NCBI GenBank assembly: GCA_026134025.1
Contig: JAOQII010000001.1
Span: 12,451-76,450 of the forward strand
Length of the DNA: 64,000 bases
Source: Candidatus Syntropharchaeum sp.
Lineage (GTDB): Archaea > Halobacteriota > Syntropharchaeia > Syntropharchaeales > Syntropharchaeaceae
Direction: 5' to 3'
The position numbers and the translations under genes are program-made. A model generated the notes under the pieces. It made no database searches. It was not told the origin of the DNA and was given only the letters and a program-made list of their open reading frames with translations. Shown in pieces: positions 41,917-53,638 of this stretch. How positions within the stretch are numbered: the stretch's first letter is position 1; each line of letters begins with the position of its first letter.

Positions 41917-43041
41917 ATGATGGAAGATGGTATACCATTTGAGGAGGTTCTCAGCGAACTTGAGGCGTTTAAAAGTAGGGATCTGAGTTATAAACGGATA
42001 CTCAGTTCGATGTGTACGGACCCACATCCGATCGCCAGAATCGCACATAAACTATTTCTGGAGACAAATCTTGGAGATCCCGGGTTATTCCCGGGTGCAA
42101 AGGCGATGGAAGATGAGGCGATCTCGATGATCGCAGATCTACTCGGCGACAGTAGTGCAACCGGTTACATCACAACTGGCGGCACAGAGTCGAATATACA
42201 GGCGATAAGAGCCTTCAGGAACGCGTCAAAGAATGAGAGAGGGAATATCATCGTTCCACATTCTGCTCACTTCTCATTTGATAAGATCGGAGATCTACTA
42301 TCTCTCGAGGTCAGGAAAGCAAGACTCGATAGCAGTTTGAGGGTTGATCCCGCCGAAGTTGAGGGGCTCATCGATGATAAGACGATCGGGCTTGTCGGGA
42401 TTGCAGGAACGACCGAGTATGGCAAGATCGACAGAATCGAGGATCTCGCCAGAATCGCACTTGAGCATGATCTTTTTCTCCATGTCGATGCTGCCTTTGG
42501 TGGTTTTGTTATCCCATTTCTCGATTCACACCCTCCTTTTGATCTATCGGTGGAAGGCGTCTCATCGATTACGATCGATCCACATAAGATGGGAATGAGT
42601 ACAATACCAGCAGGAGGACTCCTCTTTAAAGACGAGAGGCTTTTAGATTCTCTCTCAACACCAACGCCGTATCTCACGTCGAAGAGACAATTCTCGCTCA
42701 CAGGAACAAGAAGTGGTGCTGCTACTGCTTCGACATACGCGGTCATGAAGTATCTCGGATTTGGGGGTTTCAAACGGATCGTTGATCGCTGTATCTCGAT
42801 GACAAGAAATATCATGAATGTTGCGGCATCGTTTGGTATCAAAACACCGGTTGCGCCAGATATGAATGTCCTGACACTTGAGATCGAGAACCTCCAGGAA
42901 GTTATAAAAGCGCTTGAACAATCAGGGTGGAAGGTCTCTGTTACAAGAGAGGGTTTTATGAGGCTCGTTATAATGCCCCATCTAACAGAACCCATCATCG
43001 ATGAGTTTCTATACGATCTTAAAGATGCAACAGGAAACTGA
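41917..43041 (+). CDS. mfnA: L-tyrosine/L-aspartate decarboxylase
   Basis: LSSMCT.PH, NLGDPGLFPG, GGTESN, HVDAAFGG, IDPHKMG. Confidence 0.93.
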   Translation: MMEDGIPFEEVLSELEAFKSRDLSYKRILSSMCTDPHPIARIAHKLFLETNLGDPGLFPGAKAMEDEAISMIADLLGDSSATGYITTGGTESNIQAIRAFRNASKNERGNIIVPHSAHFSFDKIGDLLSLEVRKARLDSSLRVDPAEVEGLIDDKTIGLVGIAGTTEYGKIDRIEDLARIALEHDLFLHVDAAFGGFVIPFLDSHPPFDLSVEGVSSITIDPHKMGMSTIPAGGLLFKDERLLDSLSTPTPYLTSKRQFSLTGTRSGAATASTYAVMKYLGFGGFKRIVDRCISMTRNIMNVAASFGIKTPVAPDMNVLTLEIENLQEVIKALEQSGWKVSVTREGFMRLVIMPHLTEPIIDEFLYDLKDATGN

Positions 43042-43972
43042 TTACAGGATCGATATCCAGCACCTTACAGAACTGATCGATGCAAGAGGTGCAAAATCCG
43101 TAGGCCTTCAGCTTCCAGAAGGACTCTTAAGGCGTGCCCGCTCAATCTCAAAGGAGATACAAAACCGGTGTGATATCCCTGTCATCATCTCAGGCAGGGG
43201 GTGTTATGGTGCGTGCGACATCGATACAGCGCTTTCAGAAATGGTCGATCTTTTATTCCATTTCGGGCATTCTGGTGAAGACCGTGAGAATATAGTATTT
43301 GTTGAGGTGCGATCAAAGGTCAATATTTGTCCTGTCGTTCAATCTGCGATTGCGTACCTTGAAGGAGATAGAATAGCACTTGTTACAACGATCCAGCATG
43401 TTGAGATGATCGAAGAAGCAAAAAAGATCCTTGAAACGGCTGGAAAAGAGGTTCTCATAAGATGTGGTTCTGGAGATGGTTTGAGATATGAGGGGCAGGT
43501 TCTTGGCTGTAACGCATCTGCGGTCGATCCTCGATCTGATGAGGTTCTTTTCATCGGAACAGGGCTCTTTCATCCGAAGGGGATCGCATCCCTGATTGAA
43601 AAAAAAGTCGTGGCAGCAGATCCATACACAAAAAATATCGAGTTGATAGACCCTGAACCTCTGATAAGGAGAAGATGGGTTTTTCTGGAAAAGGCGCTCG
43701 ATGCTCACCACTTTGGGGTTATTTTATCACCAAAGATCGGGCAATACAAACAAAATGTGGCTGATGAGATCCTGAAAAGTGCAAGAGATCACGATATCGA
43801 GGCGCATCTAATTCTGCTCGATGAGATACGAGAGGATGCGCTGATAAATCTGGGAATGGATGCCTACGTCAATACAGCCTGCTGCAGGATTGTGGACGAT
43901 ATGAGGAAGGTCATACTCCTAAATCCAGATGAGTTTGCCAGACTTCTTCGAATGCGGGATAGGATGGGATGA
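43025..43972 (+). CDS. dph2: Diphthamide biosynthesis protein Dph2
   Basis: LQLPEGL, CYGACD, HFGH, GQVLGC, FHP, NTAC. Confidence 0.92.
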   Translation: MQQETDYRIDIQHLTELIDARGAKSVGLQLPEGLLRRARSISKEIQNRCDIPVIISGRGCYGACDIDTALSEMVDLLFHFGHSGEDRENIVFVEVRSKVNICPVVQSAIAYLEGDRIALVTTIQHVEMIEEAKKILETAGKEVLIRCGSGDGLRYEGQVLGCNASAVDPRSDEVLFIGTGLFHPKGIASLIEKKVVAADPYTKNIELIDPEPLIRRRWVFLEKALDAHHFGVILSPKIGQYKQNVADEILKSARDHDIEAHLILLDEIREDALINLGMDAYVNTACCRIVDDMRKVILLNPDEFARLLRMRDRMG

Positions 43973-44778
43973 TACGGGTTGCACTGAAAGTGGGCTATAT
44001 CGGGTCGCGCTATCACGGCTTCCAGATCCAACCCGATCTTCCGACAGTTGAGGGCGAACTTCTTGATGCCCTGAAATCGTGCGGATGCATAGCTGATAGG
44101 ATAGATTCAAGGTTTGCTGCATCTGGCAGGACAGATCGTGGTGTTCATGCCAGAACTCAGGTAATAGCCTTCGATACAGATAATTACAGGTTAACAGTGC
44201 CGAGGATTATTAATACAAAGCTTCCAGAAGATATCTGGGTCTGGGCAAGATCTGAGGTTGACCCTTTCTTTGATCCAAGAAGGGATGCGCTTTACAGGGA
44301 ATATCGCTATTTTCTTTATGGGGGGTCGCTTGATTTGAACCTGATGAATGAGGCATCTAAGCTTTTTACAGGTGAACATGACTTTTCAGGTCTATCAAAG
44401 CGAGGAGAAGAGAGTTCAACGATCAGAAAGGTTCATAAGATCGATCTTAAGAAGAGCGGTGATCTTATAATCTTTGATATACGTGCGGATGCATTTCTCT
44501 GGCAGATGATACGGAGGATCGTGGGCGCGCTGGTCCTGATAGGTGAGGGAGAGCGGGATTGTACCTGGATTGAAAGGATACTTGGTGGTGAGCCTGCTTC
44601 GATCACCCCGGCACCCGCAGAAGGGCTGGTACTCAATGATGTCTGTTATGATGGGATCACATTTGCGGTGGATCAGTATGCATATAGTCAGATGAAAAAT
44701 GCTCTTGACGGACTTTTCAGGCAGTATACGGTCTTTGGTGCTGTTGTAAAGGCGATGGGTGATAGCGAGCCTGATTGA
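43969..44778 (+). CDS. truA: tRNA pseudouridine(38-40) synthase
   Basis: GFQIQP, SGRTDRGVHA, GEHDF, FLWQMIRRIVG, APAEGL. Confidence 0.94.
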   Translation: MIRVALKVGYIGSRYHGFQIQPDLPTVEGELLDALKSCGCIADRIDSRFAASGRTDRGVHARTQVIAFDTDNYRLTVPRIINTKLPEDIWVWARSEVDPFFDPRRDALYREYRYFLYGGSLDLNLMNEASKLFTGEHDFSGLSKRGEESSTIRKVHKIDLKKSGDLIIFDIRADAFLWQMIRRIVGALVLIGEGERDCTWIERILGGEPASITPAPAEGLVLNDVCYDGITFAVDQYAYSQMKNALDGLFRQYTVFGAVVKAMGDSEPD

Positions 44779-45020
44779 ACCTTCTGCCCCACAAATGTCA
44801 CCACCAGCAACGAGCTTTGCAGTTGCTCCTGAAAGCGTTGATATATGTATCGAGGATATTTGCACCTTTCAAAATGACATCTCCTTGTTCCATGTTGTCT
44901 GCTACATCAAAGATCGCTCTGGCGTCCTGTACCTGTTTACAGGTATCAAGCCACTTCTCCAACAGGTGCTATGTGAATGTATTTCTCCTCCAGCAAATCC
45001 TGTGTGTAGATAGTACAAGC
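44760..45020 (-). pseudogene. Decayed, internally deleted fragment of a conserved hypothetical gene
   Basis: Two protein-like pieces in different frames: IFDVADNMEQGDVILKGANILD and ISTLSGATAKLVAGGDICGAEGSIRLAI. Confidence 0.5.
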
Positions 45021-45034
45021 TGAATTATAAAGGT

Positions 45035-46489
45035 TCAATACGCTTTCACCTCAGTGATCCTATCAACGACGTCCATCGCTGTAAGCCCGTATCCATACTC
45101 CTTGAATGCGAGATCACCTGCAGCACCGGATACAAACGCGGCAGCAGAAGCAGATTGAAGTGGATCATCACAGATCGCATAGAAGCTTCCGACTATCCCT
45201 GAGAGCACATCCCCAGTTCCACCAACCGTCATACCCGCGTTACCACTCCTGTTCATCCTTAAATTAACCCCATCGGATATTACATCCTCAACACCTTTCA
45301 TGAGCATCGTGAGATTGTTTTGCCTTGAAAAATCCATAACAAATGCTCGAAGATCACCCTTAATCTCGACTCCCATCTTGGATAACTCACCCCTGTGTGG
45401 TGTTATGATGATATCCCGCTTCTTTGAGGGTAGATCAAGTGCGTATAAACCATCTGCATCGAGAACAAGCTTTTCTGAGACGTTGATGATCGATCGCATA
45501 AGATCAAGTGTCTCACGATCAGATCCTGTTCCCATACCCAGAACCGTAACATCATGGTGCTCGATGAGATCACGTATCAGACCAAGATCTTCCTGAACAA
45601 GAATATCAGATGATAACGGCTTGACGATCAGGTTTGGTGAGAAGGATGCAACTACTTTAGCAACACTATCTGGAACAGCAAGCGTTACCCAGTCTGCACC
45701 GTTTTTCAGTGCTGCAAGCGCGGATAACGCAGGTGCACCGGCAAAAGGTCCCCCTCCAATGATCAATACCCTTCCATTATCCCCTTTGTGGCTTGTTTTA
45801 TCTCGCCTGATAACCACTTCAAGATCGCCAGGTCCTGTAAGTACCTCAAAGAGCGGCGGAATCCCGATATCTTCAACGACGATCTCGCCTGTGAACTTCT
45901 TTGCCAGATCCTGGAGTAATCCCAGCTTTGGACGGTGTAATGTCACGGTGAGATCCGCCTTAACGGCCATCTTCGAGTTACCTGTTTCCGGATCCAGGCC
46001 AGAAGGAATATCCACCGCAATTTTGAAAGCTTTTGAGCTGTTTATAAGATCTATAAGCCCTTTTGCTGGTTCTTTTATCTCGCCTGATACTCCTGTACCA
46101 AGGATCGCATCAAGAACTATATCTGCACCCATCAAAGCTTCACTCACACCCTTGAGCTCTGAAGAATCTCTGATCTCTCTGAGCTTGAAGCCGCTTCTCT
46201 CGAGTATTTCCCAGTTTGCCCTCGCCTCGGCTGTTCTTATCTCACCCGAGCTTCCTGAGAGAATCACCTCCACCTCAAAGCCCGTGAGATGACGCGCTGC
46301 AACAAACGAATCTCCACCGTTATTTCCCCTTCCTGCAACGATTACGATCTTTCCACCATCAAACCTCGACTTTATCGTATGAGCAATCGCTGATCCTGCA
46401 TTTTCCATCAGCTGAATTGGTAAAAGACCGTAATATGCAGCGTTTCTATCGATCCTCTTCATATCACGGGGTGTTATTGGTGATCTCAT
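45035..46489 (-). CDS. nnr: Bifunctional NAD(P)HX epimerase/dehydratase
   Basis: LMENAG, GRGNNGGD, DAILGTG, VDIPSG; SHKGDNG, TPH.GE, GGTGDVL. Confidence 0.94.
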   Translation of the reverse strand: MRSPITPRDMKRIDRNAAYYGLLPIQLMENAGSAIAHTIKSRFDGGKIVIVAGRGNNGGDSFVAARHLTGFEVEVILSGSSGEIRTAEARANWEILERSGFKLREIRDSSELKGVSEALMGADIVLDAILGTGVSGEIKEPAKGLIDLINSSKAFKIAVDIPSGLDPETGNSKMAVKADLTVTLHRPKLGLLQDLAKKFTGEIVVEDIGIPPLFEVLTGPGDLEVVIRRDKTSHKGDNGRVLIIGGGPFAGAPALSALAALKNGADWVTLAVPDSVAKVVASFSPNLIVKPLSSDILVQEDLGLIRDLIEHHDVTVLGMGTGSDRETLDLMRSIINVSEKLVLDADGLYALDLPSKKRDIIITPHRGELSKMGVEIKGDLRAFVMDFSRQNNLTMLMKGVEDVISDGVNLRMNRSGNAGMTVGGTGDVLSGIVGSFYAICDDPLQSASAAAFVSGAAGDLAFKEYGYGLTAMDVVDRITEVKAY

Positions 46490-46506
46490 GCTCGATTCCT
46501 CAAACT

Positions 46507-48384
46507 TCACATCTTTCCAACAAACCTCGGACGCCTCGATAAAAGCACAGGAAGCGATAATGGCTTATACGGCATCTCACCCTGTTCAACCTCAAGCATC
46601 TTCTTAAGCTCATCCACCGTCATCTTTACCCGCTTTGGCTTCTTCAAGCTCGATTCTTTTCTCACCGTTACCGTTAGAACACCTTCCTCGCGCTCACGTT
46701 CTCCGATAACCACAACATAAGGCACCCACTCACGCCCTGCAGATCTAACCTTCTTTCCAACGGTCTCATCACGATCATCGATATCAACCCTGAAAGGAAG
46801 TCTGGATGCAATTTCAACCGCGTAATCAAGCTGTTGATCTGATACGGGTATGATCCTCACCTGTGTCGGCGAGAGCCAGAATGGAAGCATTGGGAGCTTG
46901 ACACCACTTTCTGTATCCATACTCGCCCTCTCAAGCAGCGCATAGATGCACCGTTCGATCGCACCAGATGGCGAGCAGTGAAGGATTGTTGGTTCAACCT
47001 TTGCATTCTCAGAATCGATGTAGGTTATACCATATCGACCGGCATTCTCAACGTCGATCTGAACGGTGGAGAGTGCGCTTGCCTTACCCAGGCAATCGAT
47101 GAAGTTAAACTCAAACTTCAGTACAAAGTAGAAGAACCTTTCATCCCAGATCTCGACAAGCACAGGTTTATCGAGCACAGCTGCAAGTCCATTTATGAAA
47201 TCCCTGTTCTCATCATAGAAGCCCTGTGTGAATCTTATTCCAACCTCATAGTCCGATGATTCGAGCCCGATCTCAGCTAAAACGTCTATGCACATCCTGT
47301 ACTGATCCTCGAACTCACGGATAGCCTCATCCATATCCTTACAGAGCGTGTGCATATCCGGCATCGTGAAGCTTCTGAGCCTTCTCAGTCCCACAAGTTC
47401 ACCACGCTGTTCCCTTCTGAAGCTGTATCGTGTAAGCTCGATCATCTTCAGTGGAAGATTCCTGTAAGAAATGCTCATATCGTGGTTCATCAAAAACTGC
47501 CCAAAACATGCTGCAAAGCGTAAAAATAGCTCTTTATCTTTTTTATCCCCTATAACTCTATACTGTCGTGCTGGGAATCGCTCAAGATACTTTTTAAGGG
47601 TTGGATGATTCGAATCATACATGATAGGCGTCTCGACCTCCATCGCACCACTCTTAACCGATCTGGAGAGTACAAGTTCCTCAAGAAGCCCTTTTATGAG
47701 TCGTCCGTTTGGGTAGTATCTCAGATTACCTGGATCAGACCCTTCCTCATAGTCTGCAAGCTCAAGTCGCCTCATAAGCTCAACATGCGGCGGAGGTATA
47801 TCTACAACCCTGTTTTTTGAGATCTCATAGTCAAAAAAGGCTTTTAATCCATCATAACCCCCGAAATCAAATTTTTCTGGCTCAACGATATCACCATCTG
47901 GGGTTAATACCATGATCCTCGATACAGCTTTCTCCTCTGCTTCAAGTGCACCTGTAAGCTTCTCCACAGGTCTTATCGTCCTTGATAGCTCTGAGAGCGG
48001 GTGTCCCTTGCATCTGATCGAGAATGCCTTGTACCATCCAAAGGGAGCTCGCATAAGATCGAAATCATCTTTAAGTATCTCTTCCATCCTTTTAAGAGCA
48101 TAAACAGCGGTATCAGGGCTTGAAAGGCTGGAACTTAGATGTGCATACGGATAAAGAACGATTCTATCTGTATTGACCTTCTCTGAAACTTCTCTGATCT
48201 CAGAAACCGCATCATCAACAACAGCATCGATATCTCCTTCATCTTCCTTCTCAACCGCGATAAAGACCGCAAGCACATCATCCATCCTGCCAGACTTTTG
48301 TGCATCTTCGATCTCTTCTGCAACTTTTGTCTGTCGCTTAACCTCATACTCAAGATAATCCGAGTGTACAAACATTAACTGCAT
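46507..48384 (-). CDS. thrS: Threonyl-tRNA synthetase (archaeal type with editing domain)
   Basis: [52 protein letters not shown]; start adjusted to 48384. Confidence 0.97.
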   Translation of the reverse strand: MQLMFVHSDYLEYEVKRQTKVAEEIEDAQKSGRMDDVLAVFIAVEKEDEGDIDAVVDDAVSEIREVSEKVNTDRIVLYPYAHLSSSLSSPDTAVYALKRMEEILKDDFDLMRAPFGWYKAFSIRCKGHPLSELSRTIRPVEKLTGALEAEEKAVSRIMVLTPDGDIVEPEKFDFGGYDGLKAFFDYEISKNRVVDIPPPHVELMRRLELADYEEGSDPGNLRYYPNGRLIKGLLEELVLSRSVKSGAMEVETPIMYDSNHPTLKKYLERFPARQYRVIGDKKDKELFLRFAACFGQFLMNHDMSISYRNLPLKMIELTRYSFRREQRGELVGLRRLRSFTMPDMHTLCKDMDEAIREFEDQYRMCIDVLAEIGLESSDYEVGIRFTQGFYDENRDFINGLAAVLDKPVLVEIWDERFFYFVLKFEFNFIDCLGKASALSTVQIDVENAGRYGITYIDSENAKVEPTILHCSPSGAIERCIYALLERASMDTESGVKLPMLPFWLSPTQVRIIPVSDQQLDYAVEIASRLPFRVDIDDRDETVGKKVRSAGREWVPYVVVIGEREREEGVLTVTVRKESSLKKPKRVKMTVDELKKMLEVEQGEMPYKPLSLPVLLSRRPRFVGKM

Positions 48385-48385
48385 C

Positions 48386-49366
48386 TTAAACCTCCGAGAT
48401 CTTTGATAGGAGTGCCTCAAGCTGTATCCGCTCATTCGCACCCTCAATGATTCTCATATCAAAATCAGCCATGATCAGGATAACCTCCTCAAGTTGTTTA
48501 CTGAGGGGACAGTCACCTGATGTGATTCTGTCATGTATCATATCAATCACCTCGTATCCTGTAAATCCACTATCTGCGGTCAGCGCCTCGATCATCTTTG
48601 CAACCTCTACAAAATCACCACTGAGACTGAGTGATAGCAGCTCATCGATTTTATCATCCCTGATCTCTGGAAGCTTGCCTGCGAGTGAATAATATTGTAG
48701 CGCATAGATCGCTTGCCCCAGGCTCCCTGATGCACGGGATATAATCGTCTGAAGCGTCTTTTCATCAAAGGTCAACCCCTCTTTTTCCATAATCTTTTTC
48801 AGGTGCTCCTCGATAAGCTCATCCTCGATTTTGCCAAGATACAGATTCAGCGCTCGTGATCTCAATGGTGGAATAATCTTTGAAGGTCTTTTGGTTGTGA
48901 ATATAAACCTGCATGTGCGATTGTATCGCTCTATCATTCTTCTTAACGCCTGCTGTGCATCGAGGGTGAGTGCATCGGCATTTCTGAAAAATATAATCTT
49001 GAAATCGGCATCAATTGGCATCAGCGAGGCATACTCGTTTATCACCTCCTTGAATGTCTCAATAACCGGTTTATTCTTCTCATAGAAGTGCTCAAATCTC
49101 GGATCAGCCTCAAGGTATGCTTTTCCTCGATTGAAAAAGTCAGATGCATCTATCTCGGTCAGGTTATCCTCAAACCCACCTCCATAGATACCTTTTGCAA
49201 TCAGATACACGAGTGTGCTCTTTCCCACACCCTCTCGTCCATGAAATAGCAGGTTCGGGATAGTTCCTGCCTCAACATACGACCTGATCCTGTTCACAAC
49301 CGCCGATTGCCCCAGAACCTCATCGAAGGATTTGGGTCTGTATTTATCAATCCAGACCTCACTCAA
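48386..49366 (-). CDS. Replication factor C small-subunit paralogue
   Basis: [39 protein letters not shown]; Walker B degenerate (IIFFRNAD). Confidence 0.85.
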   Translation of the reverse strand: MSEVWIDKYRPKSFDEVLGQSAVVNRIRSYVEAGTIPNLLFHGREGVGKSTLVYLIAKGIYGGGFEDNLTEIDASDFFNRGKAYLEADPRFEHFYEKNKPVIETFKEVINEYASLMPIDADFKIIFFRNADALTLDAQQALRRMIERYNRTCRFIFTTKRPSKIIPPLRSRALNLYLGKIEDELIEEHLKKIMEKEGLTFDEKTLQTIISRASGSLGQAIYALQYYSLAGKLPEIRDDKIDELLSLSLSGDFVEVAKMIEALTADSGFTGYEVIDMIHDRITSGDCPLSKQLEEVILIMADFDMRIIEGANERIQLEALLSKISEV

Positions 49367-50084
49367 ACTGAATCCCCTCCAGATCCCGCACACCATCTGC
49401 TTTCAGCATAAACTCACACGACTCTCCCTCAGGAAGTGATCTGTGCTTTCTTATTATCGCTCTTCGCTTCCCCCCACCGATCTTTTCAAGCTCCAGAACT
49501 GTTTTTGATGCGTATTCAAATATCAAACCACCGATGGGACACAGTCTATCGTTATCGATATCTGTATAGACCTGATTTGTTACAACAACCGCAAGATCGT
49601 CCTTTCTTGCAAGCTCGAGGAGTGTGATCATCTGTGATCCAAGCTGACGCCTCAGCATCTGTCCTCGCTCGTCATCAAGCTCAAGGCGGTAGAACATCGT
49701 TGCAGAATCGAGCACCACGAGACCGATATTTCCTCCAAGTTTCTTAAGATCTTCGATCGCGCTCTGCTGTTCGAGGAAATTGACCGGTTCAAAGATCATG
49801 ACCTCACGCGCGATCTTCCTGTAATCTTCTCCTGCAATCTGCTTGAACCGTTCAGGCGATAAACCTTCTGTATCGATGTAAACCGCCTTTCTACCTCTTT
49901 TAACACACTCGACAACAAGCTGGATACAGATATTTGTCTTACCGGAGCCTGGTTCACCATAGATCTGCGATACCGCTCCTGCCTCAAATCCACCACCGAG
50001 AAGGCGATCCAGGCTCCTGCACCCTGTCTGTAGCCGCTCAATCACCGCCTCAAGCTCAGAAGAAGATGATGGTTCCATTTTCAC
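49359..50084 (-). CDS. radB: DNA repair protein RadB
   Basis: LDRLLGGG, YGEPGSGKT, YIDTEG.S.ER, TNQVY, KHR motif. Confidence 0.93.
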   Translation of the reverse strand: MKMEPSSSSELEAVIERLQTGCRSLDRLLGGGFEAGAVSQIYGEPGSGKTNICIQLVVECVKRGRKAVYIDTEGLSPERFKQIAGEDYRKIAREVMIFEPVNFLEQQSAIEDLKKLGGNIGLVVLDSATMFYRLELDDERGQMLRRQLGSQMITLLELARKDDLAVVVTNQVYTDIDNDRLCPIGGLIFEYASKTVLELEKIGGGKRRAIIRKHRSLPEGESCEFMLKADGVRDLEGIQFE

Positions 50085-51163
50085 CTTATAAACTTTGTAT
50101 CAAACCCTCGCTCACTCAGGATCTCGCGAGTAAGACCCTTCAGAACAACATCTGCAAACCCAAGATCTGAAACCGTCTTTGAGCCTGTGAGAAACATCGC
50201 GACCCTGAGCTCCTCGAGCACCTTGCTTATATGATCCACAACCGCATCCATACCTCGAAGTGCTGGTTCAATCAGGGGCAAACCCATTCCACAGACCGTT
50301 GCACCGAGTGCGATCGACTTTGCTATATCAATTCCGCTTCGTATACCCCCTGTTGCAACCACAGGAATGCCAAAGTCCCTGCACTCAACGATCGAGACGG
50401 TTGTCGGTATTCCCCAATCCCAGAAAGCCTCTCCAAGCCGCTCTTTTATCCTGTTATCCTCTGCTCTCGCGCGATAAACCTCAATACCTGCCCAGCTTGT
50501 CCCCCCAACGCCTCCAACATCGATCGCAGCCACACCTGCCTGATAGAGCATATATCCAACTTTATGCGAGATGCCAGCACCTGTCTCCTTGACGATCACA
50601 GGTATATCAAGTTTCGTGCATATCCTGTTGATCGCTGTGATACACCCAACTGCGTTGACATCCCCTTCTGGCTGTATCGCCTCCTGCAGGAAGTTCAGGT
50701 GTATCGCTACCGCATCGGCATCGATCATATCCACAACCCGTTTCACACCATCGATACCGTACTTTGCAAGCTGAGGAGCTCCGATATTTGCATATACAAA
50801 CGCATTCGGGGCATAATCCCTCACAACCCTGAACGAATCCTCCTGAGCTGGATCTTCGAGTGCTGCACGCTGGCTTCCAACGCCGATGCCGATGCCGAGC
50901 TTTTCTGCTGCCATTGATAGGTTGCGATTGACCTCCATTGTATCAGGATGACCACCTGTCATCGATGTGATCAGGAGCGGGCATCGGAGTTCCCTTCCAA
51001 GAAATCTCGTTGTAAGGTCGATCTCGGCCATATCGATCTCAGGGAGAGCGTTGTGTATCAGAAGAACATCCTCGAAAGAGTGTGTGCGGTGTTCTACATC
51101 CTCCTCTGCACATAACCTCAGATGATCGAGCTTTCGCTTTGATGTTTCATTCAATCTTAGCAC
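50081..51163 (-). CDS. fni: Type 2 isopentenyl-diphosphate isomerase
   Basis: RKLDH, MTGG, GVGSQR, HLNFLQE, VKETGAG, GGTSW, DWGIPT. Confidence 0.96.
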   Translation of the reverse strand: MLRLNETSKRKLDHLRLCAEEDVEHRTHSFEDVLLIHNALPEIDMAEIDLTTRFLGRELRCPLLITSMTGGHPDTMEVNRNLSMAAEKLGIGIGVGSQRAALEDPAQEDSFRVVRDYAPNAFVYANIGAPQLAKYGIDGVKRVVDMIDADAVAIHLNFLQEAIQPEGDVNAVGCITAINRICTKLDIPVIVKETGAGISHKVGYMLYQAGVAAIDVGGVGGTSWAGIEVYRARAEDNRIKERLGEAFWDWGIPTTVSIVECRDFGIPVVATGGIRSGIDIAKSIALGATVCGMGLPLIEPALRGMDAVVDHISKVLEELRVAMFLTGSKTVSDLGFADVVLKGLTREILSERGFDTKFIR

Positions 51164-51214
51164 CCTTTTTTGTCTTTAGATGAAATTAACAGGATAGGTT
51201 AAAGTCTTTATGCA

Positions 51215-53638
51215 TCATCTCAAGAGAAAACCTCCGAGATCTTGCTCGCTCCTGATATCATAGAGGTAGTGAACCGTCCCTTTTATGATCCTCAATGCTG
51301 CATAAAGAATTAAAAAGGCGTAAGCGATGGATATGACGAAAAAGAGGATGAATAGGTATAACCACTCTCTTTCAAGATCGTTTCTTTCTTTATCTGTGTC
51401 TTCAAGCAGCAACATCTCTCCTGCAATCCTGTATCGTTTTGAGGCATCTTCAAGGTGCGAGATGGCGGTACTGTACTTTTCATGGGCGGTGTCATAGTTG
51501 TAGGGATTCAAAAGGATGCGCCTGTTCCCGATTGCTGTAAAATCTTCCTCTTTTGCATCCTCGATGAGCTTCTCTGCGGTAAAACGTAAGTTCCCTGCAT
51601 CACTCACAAGATCATCGTGGAGTGAAACCATCAGTTCGTAGTTACGCCTCGCATCCCTTCGATCGGCTTCATTTCCGAGGAGTGTGTAGATCAGTTCTGC
51701 GTTACGATAGGCTCTTGCAGCGTGGTTCGCATCTTCACCCTCCTCCAGATGCGTTATATCACCCAATTCTGCCGCTTCTCTAATAGATGCACTCATATCA
51801 TCGGCGGTAGATGTAATAACGCCCACCTCGTAGTGGAGAACTTCATCGAGAAGATCTGTGGCGGCATCCCGGATATTCAGGGCATAGGAGCGGATCTCTT
51901 CATCCCAGATCTCTGAATGTGAGACGATCGTATCACTCGTGACCCATGCACCAACAGATTCTGTGACCGCCTCATCAAAGAAGCCACCCTCAAGCGATCC
52001 AAGCGCCTTATCGAGCGTCGTGATCAGGGTGCCTGTACTTCGTATCAGAACGATCAGCTTTTTCCAGTCATCAGAACTGGGACCTGGATCTTCTTTCTCA
52101 ACCCGATTAAGGATGTAAATAGCGTTCTGGAGTGCGGTATCTGCCTGCGAAAATTTAGCGACAAGCTCACTACCCCTCAGATCCTCGAACTCGCTTTTTG
52201 TCATTGAGATATTTATCGGTATGATCTTTGCTGCGATTTTAAGCGGTTTTTCACCTGCATTAAGGGATGTAATCTTCCCATCCCATGTATAGGGTCCTGG
52301 AACAGCCTCCAGCCCGGGCTGAATGGTTATCGTAATATTTCTCGACTCACCAGGAGGTATATCCTCAAAACCATCCTCTTTGAGTGCAGTAAGCCAGTCA
52401 GCATGTGCACCACTCTTTGAAAATGCGATACGTCTTACAGATTTATAGTTATAGATCTCAGTCAGGCTGATCATATATGATCGGTTCTCATACATCCCCT
52501 CTTTAAACTCAAGCGAGCCAAAATCGATACTTGAATGAGATAAAACAAATCCAACTGGCCAGCGTATCTCAATGTCAATATCTGTTTCCTTCTTACCCGC
52601 ACTACCGGCATCCACACGTATCACTGCTGTATGCTCACCCTCAGATGCGTCATAAAACGCGATAACTCGTATCTTTACCTTCTTCGTGCTCTTTCCAGCA
52701 ACCGAACCTGAAGGATTATCGATCTTGATATTGATCCCTGCAGGAAGCTCGATGACCCTTGCTTCAAAATTCATCGTCTCATCCCCCTCATTTCTGACCA
52801 TAAGATCGATCGTGCGTTCATAGGTTGCAACCGTTCCCCGTTTTTTATCAAAGCTTATCGTCAGTGACTTATCATACAATTGTCCAAGTTTTGGGGGCAT
52901 CAGAATATAGGCATCGATTTTTATGCTTGCAGAGCCTGCTACATCGGTTGAGATCGAGAATGTCCATGAGTAATCGTTGTGATCTGGTGTGCCCGGGCTT
53001 AACTCAAATGTTACATCCCTGGATGAGCCTGCAGGAATCACGAAAGCATCGGGGCTAACCGTGACCCATTCGTTCCCGCCAGTTTGTGAGATCGTTACAG
53101 TCACATCTTTATAGCCAAGCACCTCGCTTATCGTGACCAGCCTTGATGGATTATCATACCGATGAATCGTGCCAAAGTCGATCTGAGTATCACTGACTGC
53201 AATCTCTGCAAAGTAGATCACATCAATACTGACCGTCAAACTCTCATCACCAACATCGAGTGTGAAAGTCTCCAGACCTTCTGCCGTTTCGGGAGATACC
53301 ACTGTGTGGAGTGTTATCGTCGTTGATTCACCGTAAGCAAGGCTGAAAGAGGAGGCATCTGGGGTTATCGTCACAGTGTCTGTGCTCACAGATCCGATAC
53401 TCCCGCTCACTGTTACGTTAGGATCTGGATTTATGTTTGTGATCGTGAAAGTCGAGTAATCATCATAATAGGCGGTACTTTTCGGTTGATTGAATGAGAA
53501 GCTCAAATCGATCGTCGATGGATTCACCGATATATCTGCCGCTTTCGCCCCGCTGCATAAAAGCATCGAGAGCATCAGAAGTCCGATAACTGTTATAAAG
53601 CATCTAAGATATGAGTTCTTCACCCAACCTCGTGTCAT
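51215..53638 (-). CDS. Large surface protein: signal peptide, ~4 Ig-like beta domains, helical region, C-terminal TM anchor
   Basis: Signal ending CSGAKA; repeated IDFG/IDLS strand starts and IPAGSSR/IPPGESR turns; helical region then one TM. Confidence 0.75.
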   Translation of the reverse strand: MTRGWVKNSYLRCFITVIGLLMLSMLLCSGAKAADISVNPSTIDLSFSFNQPKSTAYYDDYSTFTITNINPDPNVTVSGSIGSVSTDTVTITPDASSFSLAYGESTTITLHTVVSPETAEGLETFTLDVGDESLTVSIDVIYFAEIAVSDTQIDFGTIHRYDNPSRLVTISEVLGYKDVTVTISQTGGNEWVTVSPDAFVIPAGSSRDVTFELSPGTPDHNDYSWTFSISTDVAGSASIKIDAYILMPPKLGQLYDKSLTISFDKKRGTVATYERTIDLMVRNEGDETMNFEARVIELPAGINIKIDNPSGSVAGKSTKKVKIRVIAFYDASEGEHTAVIRVDAGSAGKKETDIDIEIRWPVGFVLSHSSIDFGSLEFKEGMYENRSYMISLTEIYNYKSVRRIAFSKSGAHADWLTALKEDGFEDIPPGESRNITITIQPGLEAVPGPYTWDGKITSLNAGEKPLKIAAKIIPINISMTKSEFEDLRGSELVAKFSQADTALQNAIYILNRVEKEDPGPSSDDWKKLIVLIRSTGTLITTLDKALGSLEGGFFDEAVTESVGAWVTSDTIVSHSEIWDEEIRSYALNIRDAATDLLDEVLHYEVGVITSTADDMSASIREAAELGDITHLEEGEDANHAARAYRNAELIYTLLGNEADRRDARRNYELMVSLHDDLVSDAGNLRFTAEKLIEDAKEEDFTAIGNRRILLNPYNYDTAHEKYSTAISHLEDASKRYRIAGEMLLLEDTDKERNDLEREWLYLFILFFVISIAYAFLILYAALRIIKGTVHYLYDIRSEQDLGGFLLR

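Noticed and set aside
44759-45023. Plus-strand ORFs of 84 and 82 aa
   Set aside because: Better explained as the antisense of a minus-strand pseudogene
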